Shown: piece by piece, positions 35,635 through 46,151 of the stretch
How positions within the stretch are numbered: the stretch's first letter is position 1
How the letters are laid out: each line of letters starts with the position of its first letter
From: a virus
Virus record (IMG/VR): IMGVR_UViG_3300025132_000026
Coordinates: 11,116-75,115 of that record
Reading direction: 5' to 3' (one strand)
DNA length: 64,000 bases
Made by a program: the position numbers and the translations under genes
Notes under the pieces: model-generated
Told to the model about the DNA's origin: nothing
Database searches by the model: none
The model's input: only the letters and a program-made list of their open reading frames with translations

Positions 35635-36489
35635 TCATGAGTCAGGCCAAAAAAAGTCCGCGGTGAGCGGCACCTCCATATCTTGTTCGTGACTACAATG
35701 TGCGCATTGAAATACTTGAGTTAAGTCCACATTGGGCGAAGCTAGCTTGACAGCCATTCTCAAATGACGAGAATCAATTGATGGAATATTAAGAACTAAA
35801 TAATTTATTGCATCAGCAGAAGTATCACCGTTAACTGCAACAACGGTGTTTACGAGCTGCCTTGTAACAGTTTTCTCGTAGGACTTAGACTTCCTATCTT
35901 TTTCCATTCCGGAAAGCAACTTCTTCTCATCGATACCATTTAAAAGCTTGAATGTTACTGTAACCCCTGTTCTGGGTAAAGTAATGTCAAATGTTCCATT
36001 TTCGTTGTCTGTGATGCCGGCATCTTGAAGCTCTTCTCCATGTTGTATTTCTGCCTCGTTTAAATCAAAAGAATATTTTTGCTTTTCTTCACAAGCGGGA
36101 CAAGTTACTTGCGTAGTATATTCACTTCCATATCCCGAAACCCTACAAGCAATAACAATTGCATTTCTATCGCCAACCAATAGCGAATCAGGGTTAATCT
36201 TTCGATCAACTATAATATTTTGGATCACACGATCCAATGCCACACCCTTTTTAAGAAGAGTTCTCGAAGTTAAGATATCCTCTTCTTTTGCAGTCATCTG
36301 CTTTATTTCAATGCTATCGGCATTGTGAAGCGGATGATTTTCTGGGTAATACCTTCCTTTTGATGGTAATTCCACAAATTCAGTTGGAACTACGAAGGAA
36401 AACCCGTCCGATGCTGCATCTTGCAGTGCCTGCGGCGGAGGGCTCGTATCTACGTTCTGAGCGCCTGTGCGCTCTTTATTTCTAGACAA
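35635..36489 (-). CDS. baseplate hub assembly / tail assembly chaperone (gp26-like)
   Basis: VELPSKG..YP, MTAKEEDIL, GDRNA, two CxxC motifs, ends FFWP. Confidence 0.8.
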   Translation of the reverse strand: MSRNKERTGAQNVDTSPPPQALQDAASDGFSFVVPTEFVELPSKGRYYPENHPLHNADSIEIKQMTAKEEDILTSRTLLKKGVALDRVIQNIIVDRKINPDSLLVGDRNAIVIACRVSGYGSEYTTQVTCPACEEKQKYSFDLNEAEIQHGEELQDAGITDNENGTFDITLPRTGVTVTFKLLNGIDEKKLLSGMEKDRKSKSYEKTVTRQLVNTVVAVNGDTSADAINYLVLNIPSIDSRHLRMAVKLASPNVDLTQVFQCAHCSHEQDMEVPLTADFFWPDS

Positions 36490-36519
36490 TATACACCTCT
36501 CGTTTTGTTTGTCTTATTA

Positions 36520-37101
36520 TTAAACCTTGAAGAACTCAGAACCGCCACCAATAACTGCGGAAGAGTTGTTGTCTGTGGTAATACGGGCCCAATCGTACGC
36601 TAATGAAATCTGAACTGTTGAAAGCTCGGTATCTCCGTATGCAAGGTCGCCATAGTTTACGCTTGCAATCCAAGCATTCCAAAGCGTCCAAGTCTCAAGA
36701 GGGTTACCATTCGAATCAAACTGAGTGATAATAACGGTGCCCAATGCGCCCACAGATTTTGCTTTTGACATGGTTGCTAAAGAGTTTACGTCCGTAGGGG
36801 GAGCATAACCAGAAGCTTCGATAATATCTGAAACTGTGGCAGCCACGTCGGGATCGACCGGGTCGATGACTTCTATATCCAAAGGGCTCCACTTAAGGTT
36901 GCTTGGGTAATAGAATGTATGGTTAAGATATTGGTGCTCAGTTGACTCAATCTCGAATTGAGGTTTTTGCGCCGTCTTTGCATACCATAAAACTGCGCCT
37001 CCCGGCCCATCGATTCCTTGGAATTCTACCGTAAATCGAAATTTTCTTTTAGGATCTTTTAACGTTGTGTCGTTCTTGAAATTTTGTGACCAGAAAGCCA
37101 T
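36520..37101 (-). CDS. tail tube protein (gp19-like)
   Basis: DPKRKFRF...W.L.NAW...YGDLAY...YDWA; directly after the sheath gene. Confidence 0.85.
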   Translation of the reverse strand: MAFWSQNFKNDTTLKDPKRKFRFTVEFQGIDGPGGAVLWYAKTAQKPQFEIESTEHQYLNHTFYYPSNLKWSPLDIEVIDPVDPDVAATVSDIIEASGYAPPTDVNSLATMSKAKSVGALGTVIITQFDSNGNPLETWTLWNAWIASVNYGDLAYGDTELSTVQISLAYDWARITTDNNSSAVIGGGSEFFKV

Positions 37102-37141
37102 TTTTTGGGGTACTCCTTGTTCTTACTTTTAATTAGTGGTC

Positions 37142-37160
37142 TGAGGGGAAAATCCCCTCA
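37142..37160 (-). terminator. hairpin between sheath and tube genes
   Basis: TGAGGGGA-TTT-TCCCCTCA perfect inverted repeat; weak U-tract. Confidence 0.45.
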
Positions 37161-37164
37161 TATT

Positions 37165-40100
37165 TTAGTCGTCGAATGATGCACCCGTGGAGAGAATGAC
37201 GAAGTCGATGGCAATATATTCAATTGCGCGAGCGGGCTTAATCATAATCTTTGCGTACATTACGTTCTGATCGATAAGATCTGGTGTTGTGGTTGTTTCA
37301 TCCAGGATGAGTCTGTAATCCGTGATACCAAATCTGGTCTTAACTGTCGCCAGGAAGGGTTCAACGAGTCCCTTGAAGCGGTTCCAAGTAGCTTGTACGT
37401 TTTGTTCGAAAAGCACTTGAGTTGAAAGAATGGCGATTTGCTTCTTCATGAAGATTACCAATCTTCTTACATTAATCCTGTCAAGAGCAGACTGACGCTC
37501 TTGGAGAGTCTTTTGTCCGAAGACCACAATTCCGGTGGATGGGAATGAGGCGATTGGGTTAACCTTACCGTCGTAAAGCTGATCTCTTTGCCTGGAGGTA
37601 AGCTTCTCGGTAATTCCGGTAATCGGAATTCCTGCGGCGCCGTCGGAGAGGCCTCCGCGGTTGAACCCTGCAGGTGCGAACCATACATCAGAGCGCGACT
37701 CAGAGGAACCAAAGACACCCAACATCGCAACAGAAGGCGGAATCCAGAGTAATTGACCTGTTTCATCGTCCCTTGTTTGAACCCAAGGATAGAAAGTGCA
37801 ACCATAGCTGGAGTCAATTCTACGGTTCTTGAGAGCATCAACGGCCTGCTTAGGTGTCGAGGTGATTCGAAGAGGCTTGCTTGTTTTGAACTCCTCATGC
37901 ATCGGAGTGTAAACATCTGGCAAGTCGATAACTGCTAATGAATCTGCTCTGTCTTGGCATACATCAATCATTCTCTTGGTAAGAGATGGCAGTGTTAATC
38001 CTGGAGCAGCCAATACGTTCATATCGAGTTGTTCAGGATCTGTCAGGGAATCAATAGCTCTGCCCCAAGTGTTGTAAATGTAGTTATTCTTTTCAGTCGA
38101 AGTTCCATCCACCATTCCCTTGTTATAGAGGGGATCTGGCTTGGTAATGTCGAATCCGTCGAATCCGCCCCAGAATGGTGCCGTGAATCCGTTGTAGCCA
38201 CGAAGCAACAAGTCGTTCAGCGAGCCTGTCGCAGTGAGCGACACGTTGCGCTGACGCGAGCCGGATTCATAGTAATAGTTCGAAGTTGAACTTACTTGTA
38301 CGTCGTCGAGCGAGAAGACATAACCATACGCATCGTATGGGTAAGCTGAACCGACTACTGGGTTTAATTCGCCGGCAGAAGTTGGATCATCTGGCATATC
38401 TGAGTACAGATATCTATGTAAGTCTCCTAGACCTTGCGCGGCTCGGGACGAACCGTGTGTGCGGTTTGACATGAAGCCAAAGTTTGCATCTCTAGGATCT
38501 TGAAGACCGGCATCGGATGCGGATCTAACAAGCAAGTCGGTTGGGAAATAGAGGCTAGCTGTCAAACCTTGCTCAAACGCGTAGGGGAAGGACGCAGAGA
38601 TGAAGTGTCCATCGGCGCCGCCGACTTCGTGATCATGAATTTGCGCTCTTGGTACTTGTGCAGTCGAGCCTGAGAGTCCGATAAAGCCCATGTTTGTCGC
38701 CGTGTCAATCGTAGCGGCGTTGCCAGAGACTGCACTCTTCCAGCGCGGAGGTCCGAAGTAGCCAACTGGCAGAAGCTCTGCACTAGTTGCGCCGGCTTCG
38801 ACGTCTGCGTCCATTTCGACATAAACAAATTTTGAATTAGTGTTGTATTCTCCATAAGTTCTTAGAGTTTTCGATGTATCATCCCATTGCGTAAATTTGT
38901 TACCAATTTTTCTTGCAACAAAGTTAGGAGAAGTCGGATCTAAGTTACAGTTATCGAAGCGCTCCATTACTTGCTTGGCGCTATCTGTGTCATGTAGACT
39001 CCTAAAAACAACCGAGAATGAACCGTAACCACCGCCGAGTGCGGGGCTAGGTTGGATTCTTTCGATGGAGACCTTCACGTTTTTGTGAAGCCATTCTCCA
39101 CCGCCCAGTGCTTTAAGGCGGAAAAGCTTTTGCGAATCTTGAGGCTTATAAGCAGTTGCGGGGCCCTGATCTTGAGCAATGAACCATCCTGCTTTCGCTT
39201 TCTGTGACGCTGCTCTCATAGCAGCCGCACTGCGAGTCGTAGAGCCCTTTTCTTGAATTTGCATTATAACTGCTTGAGCTTCTTGTCCAACAATACTAGA
39301 ACCTGAGATATTCCAGTTTAAAAGGGTTTGCTCGAATGTTTCGCCAAGCCAGACGGGTTCAAGTCGTGGATAAAATTGCGTTGCGCTATCTTTAATCATT
39401 TGTGGGTTAGTGTTGAACTTTGTGCGAATGAAGTCTGGAGAGTCTGGATCAAAGTTAAATTGAACCTTGGTAACAGTACCATCTGAGTCTGTGACGTGTG
39501 CTGTGAACAAGTTTGTTCCTGTGGCCGAGCCGACAATAACACCGTTAACACCAACGCCAGCTTTCATCCCGTCATAGGCTGGGGCATTTGCCTTAAACGT
39601 CGTGTTGGTGCCGGCGCCATTTCCTGCAATTGTTCCAGAAAGAGAAACTGAACCAGAGTTCATATAGAAGATTGCAGCGAGTACGCCGCCTTCGTCCATC
39701 GCTGCGGGAGCTAGCGCATCTGGCGTGCCGGGTGTGTCGCCGTTATTACCTTGACCTTGAGAGATAGCATATGTATCGGGATACACGTTTCCTGAGATGC
39801 GACCTGGGGTGACAACATGAGGCGCAGCACAACGAACTTGCGCGGAACCAGACCGGAACAAGAACATTCCATACGCACCGCCGGCATTAGGACCGATACC
39901 CGGCACACCAGGGGTTGCTTTGCCGGTCGCGTTGTCCTTACCGATAGGGTTGGTTGTTTGCCAGCCGGCTTTTCCGGCGGTCGTAGCACTGGTGTGCTCT
40001 TCGCCAAGTACGCGTATATAAGTAAGAGGAGCAACGTTCGAACGCAAGAAGGCTTTTGCTGCGTACGTTCCGTACATCGGAGAAACTAGGTTTCCATCGC

Positions 40101-40317
40101 GATATACATCTGTTCCACCGTTACCGGGGACTGCTTCTCCATATATTTCTACAAATTGAGAATAGGATTCAACTCTTGTCGGTACCCACGCTGGGCCTCG
40201 ACGGGCGCGTCCAACAATAACTGGACCGATATTTTCTGCTTGTTTTGGTCTAAAGGATTTGTCTATCTCGTTGATAAACACCCCTGGAGATACAAATTTG
40301 AAGTTTTTTACTGACAT
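37165..40317 (-). CDS. contractile tail sheath protein (gp18-like)
   Basis: FVSPGVFINEID; WFAPAGFNRG; GQKTLQ...SALDRINVRRL; FEQN. Confidence 0.95.
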   Translation of the reverse strand: MSVKNFKFVSPGVFINEIDKSFRPKQAENIGPVIVGRARRGPAWVPTRVESYSQFVEIYGEAVPGNGGTDVYRDGNLVSPMYGTYAAKAFLRSNVAPLTYIRVLGEEHTSATTAGKAGWQTTNPIGKDNATGKATPGVPGIGPNAGGAYGMFLFRSGSAQVRCAAPHVVTPGRISGNVYPDTYAISQGQGNNGDTPGTPDALAPAAMDEGGVLAAIFYMNSGSVSLSGTIAGNGAGTNTTFKANAPAYDGMKAGVGVNGVIVGSATGTNLFTAHVTDSDGTVTKVQFNFDPDSPDFIRTKFNTNPQMIKDSATQFYPRLEPVWLGETFEQTLLNWNISGSSIVGQEAQAVIMQIQEKGSTTRSAAAMRAASQKAKAGWFIAQDQGPATAYKPQDSQKLFRLKALGGGEWLHKNVKVSIERIQPSPALGGGYGSFSVVFRSLHDTDSAKQVMERFDNCNLDPTSPNFVARKIGNKFTQWDDTSKTLRTYGEYNTNSKFVYVEMDADVEAGATSAELLPVGYFGPPRWKSAVSGNAATIDTATNMGFIGLSGSTAQVPRAQIHDHEVGGADGHFISASFPYAFEQGLTASLYFPTDLLVRSASDAGLQDPRDANFGFMSNRTHGSSRAAQGLGDLHRYLYSDMPDDPTSAGELNPVVGSAYPYDAYGYVFSLDDVQVSSTSNYYYESGSRQRNVSLTATGSLNDLLLRGYNGFTAPFWGGFDGFDITKPDPLYNKGMVDGTSTEKNNYIYNTWGRAIDSLTDPEQLDMNVLAAPGLTLPSLTKRMIDVCQDRADSLAVIDLPDVYTPMHEEFKTSKPLRITSTPKQAVDALKNRRIDSSYGCTFYPWVQTRDDETGQLLWIPPSVAMLGVFGSSESRSDVWFAPAGFNRGGLSDGAAGIPITGITEKLTSRQRDQLYDGKVNPIASFPSTGIVVFGQKTLQERQSALDRINVRRLVIFMKKQIAILSTQVLFEQNVQATWNRFKGLVEPFLATVKTRFGITDYRLILDETTTTPDLIDQNVMYAKIMIKPARAIEYIAIDFVILSTGASFDD

Positions 40318-40421
40318 TTTGCTTTCCTCTTATTAATCACTGCATAAATGATAGCGTAATCATTATCTAAATAGTATTTTCAAATCCAAAAGGATGTCAG
40401 GAACTAATAAAATATGCCCTT

Positions 40422-41309
40422 TCACTTCAGGATGTCACCAAAAAGATTGGGAAGACCCTGTGGAGCAACGTTTTCTTGTGGAAATGTTACCTCCACGATG
40501 TTCTCATCGATCCTTACTATTGGTCGATCATCATTTTCTCCTTCGCCAATTAAATATCCCAGAACTCTGATGGTTATTTCTGTGCTAAACATTCTCATGT
40601 CTTCGTCTAAGTTGCTGGAATTGTTATTGTGTGTGAAATTCTGATCAATGAACGCTTCGTATAAATGGCCGTTTCTTTTCATTACAAATGAGTTTATTTG
40701 TCCTGTTCTAGCAATAAATGGGGCCATTAATTCATTCATTTGCTGTTGGTATTCTGTTTTTATGACGATCTTATATTCTACATTGACATATACTGGTATT
40801 GGAATCGAAAGTGTCTCAATAACGACCTTCTTGTTCACTCTTGGTGAAAAAGGCTGCTTCTTTGTTCCAAATGCTGCATTTCTAGTGCCCGTCGCTGTTG
40901 CATAATTGGTGGTTTTGTCTTGTTTTATCCTTTTTGCTATCGTCATTCGGCCAGATCTGCCGTTTTTATCTGTAGAATAGATGTGTGCTTGGTATGCTCC
41001 CTTCATCTCAGGATCTTTAGTTATGCCTGTTCTCTCAATACTAATAAGTGGCATTTTGAGTGCGCCGGCGTCGTCTCTGAGGTCTTCGTTGTTTTTTATT
41101 TGGTATGCTCGCTCTGGCGCTTGCCACAAAACCGGCACTCTCCGGAAGCCCTCATTTGTTCTTGCACTTAAATCAAGATCTTTCTTTAACCAAGAAACAA
41201 GAGCATAATCTATTGTCTCAATTGAAGAGTCTAACATCCCGATTTCTTTTAAAGTTAAACTATCTGCGTCTTTAGGTAGCATTGCAAAATCAAAGTTATC
41301 AGGTAGCAT
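40422..41309 (-). CDS. tail completion / sheath terminator (gp15-like)
   Basis: Position between neck and sheath genes; LPLISIER-like and P.PVYVNVEY motifs. Likely start MLPDN at 41309. Confidence 0.65.
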   Translation of the reverse strand: MLPDNFDFAMLPKDADSLTLKEIGMLDSSIETIDYALVSWLKKDLDLSARTNEGFRRVPVLWQAPERAYQIKNNEDLRDDAGALKMPLISIERTGITKDPEMKGAYQAHIYSTDKNGRSGRMTIAKRIKQDKTTNYATATGTRNAAFGTKKQPFSPRVNKKVVIETLSIPIPVYVNVEYKIVIKTEYQQQMNELMAPFIARTGQINSFVMKRNGHLYEAFIDQNFTHNNNSSNLDEDMRMFSTEITIRVLGYLIGEGENDDRPIVRIDENIVEVTFPQENVAPQGLPNLFGDILK

Positions 41310-41787
41310 CGAATAATCCCTTTCTTGCTCTTCTGCATCGTGCAGATATTTCAAAACCATGTTCAACTTGGCCAAAAAGCTTGCGAGGCTCAGACAATTT
41401 TACAATTTCATAAAAATAATCACCATAAAGCACAAAATCGCCCTCCCTTACATACATATCTTGATCTTCTTCTAATCTTCTTTTGTGGAAGTGTACGTTA
41501 ATTTCCCAAGTCTTGTCAATTCCACCGCTTTCAAGGTAATCCGTTGAATAATCTGTGAATTCTACAAGTGCATAAATTCTGACGGGTGGCAAATATGTCT
41601 TTTCTATTGCCTCACCGTATAAATCGTGAAAATTGGTGGATGCCATGTCAATTGGGTAATATAAAATTTGCTGTCCGATGACTTTTTCAATAAGCTCATC
41701 GTTAACCTGCTTTACAAGATCGCGCTCTTTCTTGCCAAGAAACAAGGGAGGGGGCGGTGCAGCTGGTTTTTTCCATTCATCTCCCAT
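41299..41787 (-). CDS. neck / head-closure protein (gp14-like)
   Basis: IGQQILYYPI, DLYGEA..K, REGDFV...YEI. Confidence 0.75.
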   Translation of the reverse strand: MGDEWKKPAAPPPPLFLGKKERDLVKQVNDELIEKVIGQQILYYPIDMASTNFHDLYGEAIEKTYLPPVRIYALVEFTDYSTDYLESGGIDKTWEINVHFHKRRLEEDQDMYVREGDFVLYGDYFYEIVKLSEPRKLFGQVEHGFEISARCRRARKGLFDAT

Positions 41788-41793
41788 TGTTCA

Positions 41794-43089
41794 TTACCCC
41801 ACAAAAATCGGCAGCGGCGAATTCTTCAGCGTAGCAGTCGCCGAATCAGCTTTTTCACTGTCTTGTTTCGCTAAGGCCGTATATTCCATTTCTTTCAATA
41901 TCTCCATCAGCTTGTCTTTAAGCTGTTGTTGCTCATCTTTCGCTTGAGAAAGCAGCTCTGAGTGATTCAGCGTCACGTTGTCTCCAGGAATCGGTAGGGT
42001 TTGGAATTTACCTCGAATTTGACCAAGCATTTCTTTACATAAGGCCAATGAATACTTTCGAATCCACTGTTTACCAATTGCATTGATATTTTCATACGGA
42101 AGATTTCCGAATGGCAGTGTGTTCATGTTATTGACACCTTGTGCTCCGGACTCATATCGACCATCATCATCCCACGAATTGGCATCTACATAAAATTTAA
42201 CCCAAATCCTATCATCCATACCCGATAAACCATACGTACTTGGTGGAGGGAATAACCTCAATTTGTTATCTACCAATTCATATGAATAATGTGATGTTCT
42301 CGTATATATTGCATCTTCATACATTATGGCCTGCATTTTGTTTTGCCAGGTAGGTACCAATTCAAATGTTGAGTCATCAGCGTACATACCGTAAGTTGAC
42401 ATGTTTCCAACCATGTTTATACCACCATAATAGCCGTAAAAACGCCACATTGCCCTCGGAGACTTATAAAATACTCTTGTGACAACAACACGTTTGTTTC
42501 CGACTTTATTGGCAAAGTCTATAGTGTTTCCTGCTGAATCAGTGCCCGAAGTAGATGCAGTTTCTATAATTGCTTGTAAATCGTAGTCTTGCTGATCTTC
42601 TTTTGGTGCAAAAGAAGCAGAGTATTGTCTTACTGTACCACCGAAACCCGCAACAGAGGACATTCCGTCGCCGACTTTCTTTGAATAAGAAAACTGGAAC
42701 CTTGGATATTTTAACTCGACTCTCGATGGTCCTAAGCTGGCAGAGAACGAACTAGATTTCATCATACCCATATGATCAAACGTTCCAGTTGCGTCACCGA
42801 GCGCATCAGAAAGCATGTTTTTGCTTTGGTGTAGATTGACGATGTAAGAATATTCTAATACCGCTTCTTCGTAGGCGGCATATACGTTTGCTGGTGTAAG
42901 TTCAATATCGACAACATCACCACCAAGTTTCTTAAAAACATATGCAACTTGAGATTCTGCTCCGCTAAGGAAATCAACTGATGCTGTGTACATTCCAAAT
43001 GGAACAGAACCAGCCACGTCGTCATAACTTCCGGTCGAAGTTAGGACTATTGCGCTCGTTTCTGAATTTGGACTAAGATTTGTTGGCAC
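41794..43089 (-). CDS. neck / head-tail adaptor (gp13-like)
   Basis: KKLGGDVVDIELT; WIRKYSLALCKEMLGQIRGKF; LP.FVG end. Confidence 0.8.
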   Translation of the reverse strand: MPTNLSPNSETSAIVLTSTGSYDDVAGSVPFGMYTASVDFLSGAESQVAYVFKKLGGDVVDIELTPANVYAAYEEAVLEYSYIVNLHQSKNMLSDALGDATGTFDHMGMMKSSSFSASLGPSRVELKYPRFQFSYSKKVGDGMSSVAGFGGTVRQYSASFAPKEDQQDYDLQAIIETASTSGTDSAGNTIDFANKVGNKRVVVTRVFYKSPRAMWRFYGYYGGINMVGNMSTYGMYADDSTFELVPTWQNKMQAIMYEDAIYTRTSHYSYELVDNKLRLFPPPSTYGLSGMDDRIWVKFYVDANSWDDDGRYESGAQGVNNMNTLPFGNLPYENINAIGKQWIRKYSLALCKEMLGQIRGKFQTLPIPGDNVTLNHSELLSQAKDEQQQLKDKLMEILKEMEYTALAKQDSEKADSATATLKNSPLPIFVG

Positions 43090-43154
43090 ACGTGGGCCCT
43101 CCTATTTCATAAATAGTTTTGTTGAAGACAAACAGCGTAGATGACGTCACTTTA

Positions 43155-43475
43155 TTAGGATGTCTTCTTTTTGGTGCTCTTTGTGCTCTTAATTGTGGCC
43201 TTAGTGGTCTTTTTTGTCGTATTTTTGGTTGTTGCGGTTGTTGTCGTTTCCGTCACTTTAATTTTGGGTGCTGTATCGGTTTTGGTAGTTGCACCGGCGG
43301 TCGTCACAGCTGTTGTGCCTGTTGTCGTGTTGGTGGCTGTTACAGTTGTTTCATCTGTTGTTGTGTCAGCTGTTGTGGTAGTTTCACTAGTTACATTCAA
43401 CCCTTTGATCGTTGGATGATTTGAGTGTTTGGTTTTGAATTTTGCCGAAGCTATAATTCTGCGTTTTTTGCCCAT
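43155..43475 (-). CDS. Thr/Lys-rich low-complexity protein
   Basis: AAGGAG RBS and late motif upstream. Confidence 0.65.
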   Translation of the reverse strand: MGKKRRIIASAKFKTKHSNHPTIKGLNVTSETTTTADTTTDETTVTATNTTTGTTAVTTAGATTKTDTAPKIKVTETTTTATTKNTTKKTTKATIKSTKSTKKKTS

Positions 43476-43591
43476 GATAGGTGCTCCTTGTGTGTATAGT
43501 AAATAGTTTGAAATCTTGAAAACGAAAATCTCAAAAAATTGCCGGGGAAAATTTTTGAAGGATCACCATATTAAGATCTTTTGTTTCAAAT

Positions 43592-43615
43592 AAAAACCCC
43601 CTCCGAAGAGGGGGC
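43592..43615 (-). terminator. intrinsic terminator with cUUCGg loop
   Basis: GCCCCCTC-TTCG-GAGGGGGT-TTTT. Confidence 0.85.
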
Positions 43616-43650
43616 AAAACATAAGAGATATATTTTAAATTTACTAAATC

Positions 43651-44136
43651 TTAGCTGTCGCTAAAAACAATACCATTAGCTTTCACCTTGGATGCGCCAT
43701 TGACGAACCACAAGGAACCATTGCAGTGCAAGTAAAGATAATCCCCAGCTAATGTGGCGGAGCCAAAAGTAGCAACAAGGTGGCTGCTTCCGTTAGCTTC
43801 GTTACCGTGGTTACTGTCCATTGCAATTGCGTGGCCGGCGAAGAATTCACCCGCTTTTGCTGTAACTGTGCAAGAGGCTGTTGAGTAATCACCTGCGAGA
43901 ATGATTTTGAATGACAATCCTGCTGCTGCGTCTGGCAATGCAATCGCAGATGCGTTTGGTGTCATCATGATAACTTTGCCGCTATCAGCAGCACTTAATG
44001 TGGTTGTCGCATCCGCTGTCGTTGTTAAGACAAAATCTTTAACACCGGCCAGTTGACTTCCTCCCAAGTTTAAATCTCTCTTTAAGTTTTCGATTAGTGC
44101 CTGGGTTCTAGCCAAGCCTACTCTTTTTGATCCCAT
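43651..44136 (-). CDS. putative capsid decoration protein
   Basis: Next to the MCP gene; own late motif and terminator; C-terminal LP.A..G...K...W domain shared with the 47.4-51.8 kb genes. Confidence 0.65.
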   Translation of the reverse strand: MGSKRVGLARTQALIENLKRDLNLGGSQLAGVKDFVLTTTADATTTLSAADSGKVIMMTPNASAIALPDAAAGLSFKIILAGDYSTASCTVTAKAGEFFAGHAIAMDSNHGNEANGSSHLVATFGSATLAGDYLYLHCNGSLWFVNGASKVKANGIVFSDS

Positions 44137-44225
44137 AGTTTAAAACCCTCCATTTTTAATCATGTTAAAAACACAATAGGAAAGACAGAGGAAGCACCCC
44201 TGCCTTACATATAATTAGTTTTGGC

Positions 44226-44260
44226 AAAAAGAAGACCCCTGCCTCTTTCGAGGCAGGGGC
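44226..44260 (-). terminator. intrinsic terminator after the major capsid gene
   Basis: GCCCCTGCCTC-GAAA-GAGGCAGGGGT-CTTCTTTTT. Confidence 0.85.
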
Positions 44261-44315
44261 TTTCTGTGTCACGATTAGCCGTGGAATTTACTTACTATGC
44301 TCAAATGAGCTTATA

Positions 44316-46151
44316 TTAGGAAGTAGCTCCGGCTTCTCCGAGGAGTCCTCGTACAACAACTAGACCGTACATATCTGGACGGACCATCTTCTTGCCGTAA
44401 CGAGTCATGACTCCCTTACGTGGCACGAAGTCTTCTGGTCCGAAGATCGTAGGTGTAGTTTGCAGTGGTACGTATGGTGCGTACACATATCCGCTTTCAA
44501 GGAAAGAGGAGCCGCGGCGACCAACAAGGATCACGTTACGGAGGAAGTATGGATCAACGATAACGTCGAACTTCTTAGTCAAGGAACCAACCTTAACTGC
44601 TCCAATTGAACCCTTCTCGTCATCATGTGTGACGGAAGCGCGGAATCCAGCGGTAAACTCAAGGATGTTGGCAACTTCAGGTCCGCAGACGATGAAGTTA
44701 GCGCCACCACGCAGAGTCTTGCGGTGGATTTGTGCAGAAACATCGTTGATAGTTTCAACGAGAGTTTCATACCACTCGGACACGGTACCTGTGAAGTCAG
44801 GAGCCGCAGAGCTTGCACCGATTTCGGCACCAGTATCGCGGTTCACGAACAAGCCAGGTGAGCGTGACCAGTAGTAGGTAGCAGCCTTAGCACCGTTGAT
44901 GAGGTCCGCAAGGATCTCACGGTCAATCTCAAGAGCAATTTGCTCAGAGAGGATGCTTGTAAGCTCGACCTCTGCATCAAGGTTGTGGTAAGCGTTGAGG
45001 TCTTGACCCAACTCTGGTGTCCACTTCGCCTTGAGCTTCTTGGTACGCGCAGTAATCGCCGAAGAATCGACCTTGATGTCGATCTCTGGGATGTTTGCCT
45101 CACCTTCAAGGCCCCACTCAGCTTGACCAATAACAGCACCAAGCGTTTCTGCTTGAACGATATCATCAGTTTGTTGCCAGCTAACTTGAGCCTTAGCACC
45201 AGTAAGTGCGAGAGCAACCGCCGTAGCAAGATGGCCAGCCTGCTTATCACCCGAAGTGTGACCAGTATGAACAACATTTCCGTCTGTACCTGGGCCGGTG
45301 AAGAATGCCAACAGACGAGTGCCGTCGGAACCACTTGCGCGAGTAAGACGACGAATTTGACGTGCAACAACCTCATCTTCACCGTTTATAAGGAATCCAT
45401 CACCAACGGAGCTAGAGACCGTGAACGACTGAGGACCAATGTTGTCCCTGTCGACTTGATCAAGACCGCTAAGAAGTACGGATACAACAGCAACAACAGT
45501 TGAACCAGAAACAAAGTCTGCATCATAACGAGCCAACTTGTCTACTGCAGAACCGGTTGCGTGTCCCCAAGCACTCCAGCTTACCTTCTGTGGTGTAAGC
45601 GTTACACCATTACCAGCGGCTGAGCCCGTCGGAGACGAGTAGCCGTTTGCCAAGTTGTAAGGAGCTTGATCAGCGAATACGCTGCCTTGATCCTTAAGAA
45701 TGGCACCACTGATGATATCGGAACCAACCCGACCGCCACCATAGAGTGAACTCGCCGAGACATATCCCAAACGGGTCATGTCGTTGTTGTCATCAGCGCT
45801 GCTGATTGGAGTTGCGACTGTAAAGTCGAGGAAGAAGATGAGACCACTTGGCAGACTCATCGGCTGAACGGAAACGAGATCGTTTGCGATCAGTCCTGCG
45901 AAAACGCGACGGACGATGGGGAATGCGACGGCTGCGAAACCTTCGACGTCACCACCAGCCATGCTGCTGCTCTCGCGAAGAAGCTCTTTAGCTTGGTTTT
46001 CAAGCAAACGAGCCATAGTGCTACGGGTGCGACTGCTATCAAGTCCTTCGAGAAGACCAGTCTTTTCCCATTTGTTTAACAATGCATGTCCTTCGGCATG
46101 CATATCACGATTGACCATACCTTCGGTCAAACGTTCAATAATACTAGACAT
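44316..46151 (-). CDS. major capsid protein (T4 gp23-like)
   Basis: KWEKTGLLEGL, LLENQ, VSVQPM..PSGLIF, KLKAKWTPE..QDL.AYH..DAE.EL, YAPYVPL, GVMTRY. Confidence 0.97.
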   Translation of the reverse strand: MSSIIERLTEGMVNRDMHAEGHALLNKWEKTGLLEGLDSSRTRSTMARLLENQAKELLRESSSMAGGDVEGFAAVAFPIVRRVFAGLIANDLVSVQPMSLPSGLIFFLDFTVATPISSADDNNDMTRLGYVSASSLYGGGRVGSDIISGAILKDQGSVFADQAPYNLANGYSSPTGSAAGNGVTLTPQKVSWSAWGHATGSAVDKLARYDADFVSGSTVVAVVSVLLSGLDQVDRDNIGPQSFTVSSSVGDGFLINGEDEVVARQIRRLTRASGSDGTRLLAFFTGPGTDGNVVHTGHTSGDKQAGHLATAVALALTGAKAQVSWQQTDDIVQAETLGAVIGQAEWGLEGEANIPEIDIKVDSSAITARTKKLKAKWTPELGQDLNAYHNLDAEVELTSILSEQIALEIDREILADLINGAKAATYYWSRSPGLFVNRDTGAEIGASSAAPDFTGTVSEWYETLVETINDVSAQIHRKTLRGGANFIVCGPEVANILEFTAGFRASVTHDDEKGSIGAVKVGSLTKKFDVIVDPYFLRNVILVGRRGSSFLESGYVYAPYVPLQTTPTIFGPEDFVPRKGVMTRYGKKMVRPDMYGLVVVRGLLGEAGATS

